A program made the position numbers and the translations under genes. A DNA stretch of 64,000 bases from a virus (lineage: Duplodnaviria; Caudoviricetes): IMG/VR virus record IMGVR_UViG_3300028591_000082, one strand, 5' to 3'. The notes below the pieces were generated by a model, which made no database searches, had not been told where the DNA came from, and saw only the letters and a list, made by a program, of their open reading frames with translations. Each line of letters starts with the position of its first letter. Position 1 is the first letter of the stretch. Shown here in pieces: positions 60,785-64,000 of the stretch.

Positions 60785-61269
60785 CCAATTGGTTCTCCAA
60801 ATATTTGCTCATACTCATCAGCTTTATCAAGTATCATTGTTTTTATATCACCTTTAGATAATATATCTACTTTTAAAATATTTTCTGATGGTTTATTTGT
60901 TACTCCCATAACATATATTCCATTCGGAATATCTTCATCAATTTTAAGAATGTTCATTATATTCTTTGGTCTAAATGATTCAAAATCTATTTTGTTTCCA
61001 AAAATTCTTGGAACTATCAAATCATTCTTTATGTCAAATTCAATCATTAATGAAAGAAGAAAAGGAAGTTCTTTTTTATTATATTCTGTAATTCTAAAAG
61101 ATTTTTCACAAGCAAAAACTCCTAGCTCTACATCACATATATCAAATTTATAAATAAATTTTTCATAATAATATTTTTTTTCATGTATCTGACAAAGTTT
61201 TTTATCTAAAAAAACTAGATTATCTTCAGAGATAAATTTTTTAATTCCTTTTTCTTCTATTTCTTTCAT
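60775..61269 (-). CDS. hypothetical protein
   Basis: coupled ORF. Confidence 0.65.
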   Translation of the reverse strand: MKEIEEKGIKKFISEDNLVFLDKKLCQIHEKKYYYEKFIYKFDICDVELGVFACEKSFRITEYNKKELPFLLSLMIEFDIKNDLIVPRIFGNKIDFESFRPKNIMNILKIDEDIPNGIYVMGVTNKPSENILKVDILSKGDIKTMILDKADEYEQIFGEPIGWY

Positions 61270-61571
61270 TTTGTTGTTATCTGCCCTTGCTTATTTATGA
61301 TTATTTTTTTTGTATTAGATTCTGCTTGTATTTCACAAACTGAGTTATAGCAACTAAATTCTTCTATGTTAGAAATAGATGCTGTTATATTCGAAGGTAT
61401 TACAATTTTTTTATTGCCATCTACTATAACAAGTTCCATATTCGAATTGTTTTCAATAACAATGTCCTGGCAATCTTCTTCTTGTACTAATTCTTTTTTA
61501 GTATTTAATTTTACTTTTATACATCCAACAGTTAAAAGTAATAAAGCAATAACTAAAAATACTTTTTTCAT
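61266..61571 (-). CDS. putative lipoprotein
   Basis: MKK-hydrophobic-TVGC lipobox. Confidence 0.65.
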   Translation of the reverse strand: MKKVFLVIALLLLTVGCIKVKLNTKKELVQEEDCQDIVIENNSNMELVIVDGNKKIVIPSNITASISNIEEFSCYNSVCEIQAESNTKKIIINKQGQITTK

Positions 61572-61591
61572 AATTCCCACCCGTATGTTTT

Positions 61592-61939
61592 TTAAAAATT
61601 ATTTAATATATTTTCTCTTAATAAGAGTAATTCTTTTTTATATACATAATTAAAACGCGAATAATTATAAAACATTTTATAATTCTCTTCTGCTTCAAAA
61701 AGTTCCCAGAAAAAATTTGTTCCAAATAATCTGTCAATTTTCATTAATGTTGCACCAAATAAATCATGTGTTGTTGTTCTGTAATTTGATATATCTTCAA
61801 AGTGTTTAAGGCTAGAGTATAACTGATCAACAAAATTATTTAATACAACATCATACCAGTAATTATCTATATTAGAACACGTATGTATAAAATTATTTAT
61901 ATCTAAAAAATTTAATATGTTATCTGCATTTGTTTTCAT
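61592..61939 (-). CDS. hypothetical protein
   Basis: ORF track. Confidence 0.55.
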   Translation of the reverse strand: MKTNADNILNFLDINNFIHTCSNIDNYWYDVVLNNFVDQLYSSLKHFEDISNYRTTTHDLFGATLMKIDRLFGTNFFWELFEAEENYKMFYNYSRFNYVYKKELLLLRENILNNF

Positions 61940-61976
61940 AAGCTAATATTAAGGAAAAAGGAGTAGGAGCGTAATT

Positions 61977-62324
61977 ATGGAAAGCGTAACAACTATGCTT
62001 GTTCAGCAGTATGGGCCCCTAATCGTAGACTGCCTTATAATAGCTGTTGAAACAATAGGTCTTGTTAAGTTCTTCGACAACTTTATTTTTCCAAAAAGAG
62101 ATCTGTCACTTAGAGAAAAATGTTTTCTTGAACTTATAATTTGTTGCAGCTGTGCTTTTGTAAATAGTGGTGCAGTTTCAGCTCTTTTAAACAAGATTAT
62201 TAACCTATTCCTGCTTTCTCTGTCATTTACTCAGCTTGCTTATGATTGTATCATAAGTGGTATAAGACACCTTATTGACAGAGCCTTTAAGGTTAAGGAA
62301 AACGAAAACGGAGAGGGCAAGTAA
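61977..62324 (+). CDS. three-TM membrane protein (holin-like)
   Basis: AGGAG RBS; hydrophobic segments and charged C-terminus; terminator at 62329-62358. Confidence 0.6.
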   Translation: MESVTTMLVQQYGPLIVDCLIIAVETIGLVKFFDNFIFPKRDLSLREKCFLELIICCSCAFVNSGAVSALLNKIINLFLLSLSFTQLAYDCIISGIRHLIDRAFKVKENENGEGK

Positions 62325-62389
62325 ACTTAGTAAGGACTGCTATATAGCAGTCCTTACTTTTATTTATAGCCTTGCGGCGTTAAATGGTA

Positions 62390-62935
62390 TTAGGCTGCTC
62401 TTGTGAGCAGCTTGTTCCAAGGAATTGTTGGCTCAGTAAGAGCCTCTTCTTCATCAAGAAGAATTGTTTCCTCGGTAGGAACGTGATAAAGATATCTGTT
62501 GCCATCAATTGAAAGAACCAAAGAATCTTTATTTGAAACAATTATTCTTATCATATCTCCACGATAATAAATTGCTGACAACCTCAAAGATTTTCCTTTT
62601 TCTGTACATTCGTTATAAAAATCTTTTATCGCTTTCCTTATTTCTGGCTTAAGAACTGTATGTGCAGTAGCTGTTGCATCTGCTATTTCTTTTTTAGATG
62701 CTTCTTCTTCAGCTATTTCCCATCCTTCGTAAGAATACATGTTTATGTTATTCTTTGCACAAAATGTTTTTAATGTAGCACCACGATCTCTGTTTTTAAA
62801 CATTTCGTTATATTGGTCAAGTGTATATACACCTGCATAAAATGATTTGGCATTAACCTTGTAAATTACAAGGTTAGAGCCATCACTTCCAGTAATTGCA
62901 GCTCCTACAAAGGCATTTTCGCTTGTAAGTTTCAT
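62390..62935 (-). CDS. hypothetical protein
   Basis: ATGA-coupled. Confidence 0.75.
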   Translation of the reverse strand: MKLTSENAFVGAAITGSDGSNLVIYKVNAKSFYAGVYTLDQYNEMFKNRDRGATLKTFCAKNNINMYSYEGWEIAEEEASKKEIADATATAHTVLKPEIRKAIKDFYNECTEKGKSLRLSAIYYRGDMIRIIVSNKDSLVLSIDGNRYLYHVPTEETILLDEEEALTEPTIPWNKLLTRAA

Positions 62936-63231
62936 GACTGTGCCTTTTGAAGAGTTGCAATTGCAACATTGATGGTGTAATACTTGTTAAGAACAGCATA
63001 CAAAATTTTCCAACTTTCTGGAATGTTTTTGATTACATCAAAATCACTTTCAAAAATGTTAAGATTTTCAATCTTTGTCAATTTTGCTTTTGTCATTGGG
63101 ACATCTTCTTTGCGAAGAAGTTCTACGAATTCGCTGTCAAACTTTTCCCATTCTGCCTGGTTTGTAAACTTTGGCTGTTCTCCAGTCATCATTTTGTATA
63201 CAGTGTCAAATCCTTCATTTACATTTTTCAT
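62932..63231 (-). CDS. hypothetical protein
   Basis: AAGGAG RBS. Confidence 0.7.
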   Translation of the reverse strand: MKNVNEGFDTVYKMMTGEQPKFTNQAEWEKFDSEFVELLRKEDVPMTKAKLTKIENLNIFESDFDVIKNIPESWKILYAVLNKYYTINVAIATLQKAQS

Positions 63232-63251
63232 AATCTTACTCCTTTTTTAAA

Positions 63252-63695
63252 TTAAGCCATTTCTGGAACTGCTATTTTTTCTTCGACAGTTTCAGTAATT
63301 TCTTCTTTTGGCTGTTCTTCCAAAGAAGCTTCTTCTGCTGGAGCAGTAACTTCTGCTACTGCTGCTGGCTCTGGATGTTCTTCTTCTGCTGGAAGTTCAA
63401 TTTTTGATATATGATCTGGCTTGTCGTCTGGAGATTCATATACAAATTGTGCTTTGTTTCCTTCGCTATCTTCTGAAGGATTGTCAGAGTTGACTTCAGT
63501 AAAAGCTGGCTGAGGTTCAACTCCCTGCTTTACAACAGCCTGTGAAAAAAGTTTATGTTGAATTTTTGATGATGTTGGAGAAGCTCCAATTGCTGTAGAT
63601 GGGGATCCATAAAGAACCCAACCTGAGTTGAGTTTTTCCTGAACCATTAAACTTAATCTTTTAGAATCGTCTGATGATAAAAGTAGAAACTGCAT
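63252..63695 (-). CDS. DUF1737-like protein with acidic tail
   Basis: V.E.L..GW.LYGSP....QAVVK pattern. Confidence 0.6.
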   Translation of the reverse strand: MQFLLLSSDDSKRLSLMVQEKLNSGWVLYGSPSTAIGASPTSSKIQHKLFSQAVVKQGVEPQPAFTEVNSDNPSEDSEGNKAQFVYESPDDKPDHISKIELPAEEEHPEPAAVAEVTAPAEEASLEEQPKEEITETVEEKIAVPEMA

Positions 63696-64000
63696 ATTGT
63701 TTCCGCCTTAAAATGTGGGATAATTCTTCATACGAAGAATTTTTCTTTATATTATAATTATAACATTTTTTACAAAAAATGTCAATAAAAATTCTTAAGA
63801 AACTTTAAATCTTTGCAGAGACTTTTCAGTCCCAGCAAAAACTTAAAGTCATATTCTATATACTCTATATATATTATAACATTATTTATATATTTTGTCA
63901 ACAAAATTAATAACTTTATTTCAAATCTTGAAGCATCTCTTCAAGCTCAGCTTCTGCTGATTTCATAAATATCTTTTTTGGTTCTTCTTTTTCTGCAGCT

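Noticed and set aside
1228-63255. Most + strand ORFs
   Set aside because: They are antisense shadows of minus-strand genes; only 45377, 45733 and 61977 have their own expression signals.
1-64000. Stop-codon recoding
   Set aside because: TAA, TAG and TGA all end genes at conserved family C-termini, and enzymes are full length in the standard code.

Overview
This AT-rich window looks like part of a large (jumbo-type) phage genome, almost all coded on the minus strand. No structural or replication core genes are visible. The host is possibly a spirochaete (weak inference from an SSB-like ORF). 5-26 kb holds a translation-support island: ~40 tRNA genes in the window covering all 20 amino acids (mostly without encoded CCA), a tmRNA, several aberrant tRNA-like RNAs, seven tRNA-Glu(CTC) copies with a bulged T-stem (one at 46.7 kb) and long ORF-free structured blocks. 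A CCA-adding/HD enzyme, an Rnl2-type RNA ligase and three metallophosphoesterases lie nearby. The main finding is two unannotated 30-31 aa leader peptides (8449-8541, 15392-15487). Each precedes an antiterminator/terminator switch at the head of a tRNA block, and each is written almost entirely in the codons, down to synonymous choice, read by the tRNAs downstream. They are candidate ribosome-stalling attenuators that would switch on phage tRNAs when host tRNAs fail. Other features: ~34 small CxxC proteins plus unrelated ORFs sharing an R-x(2-3)-[K/H/N/D]-I C-terminal tail; ~55 copies of a TGCACCCTG-N20-TATAAT promoter, densest at 46.5-56.6 kb; four KOW-like paralogs with an identical leader hairpin; and a 104-bp periodic repeat at 56.6-57.0 kb. 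All calls are by eye and no searches were run.
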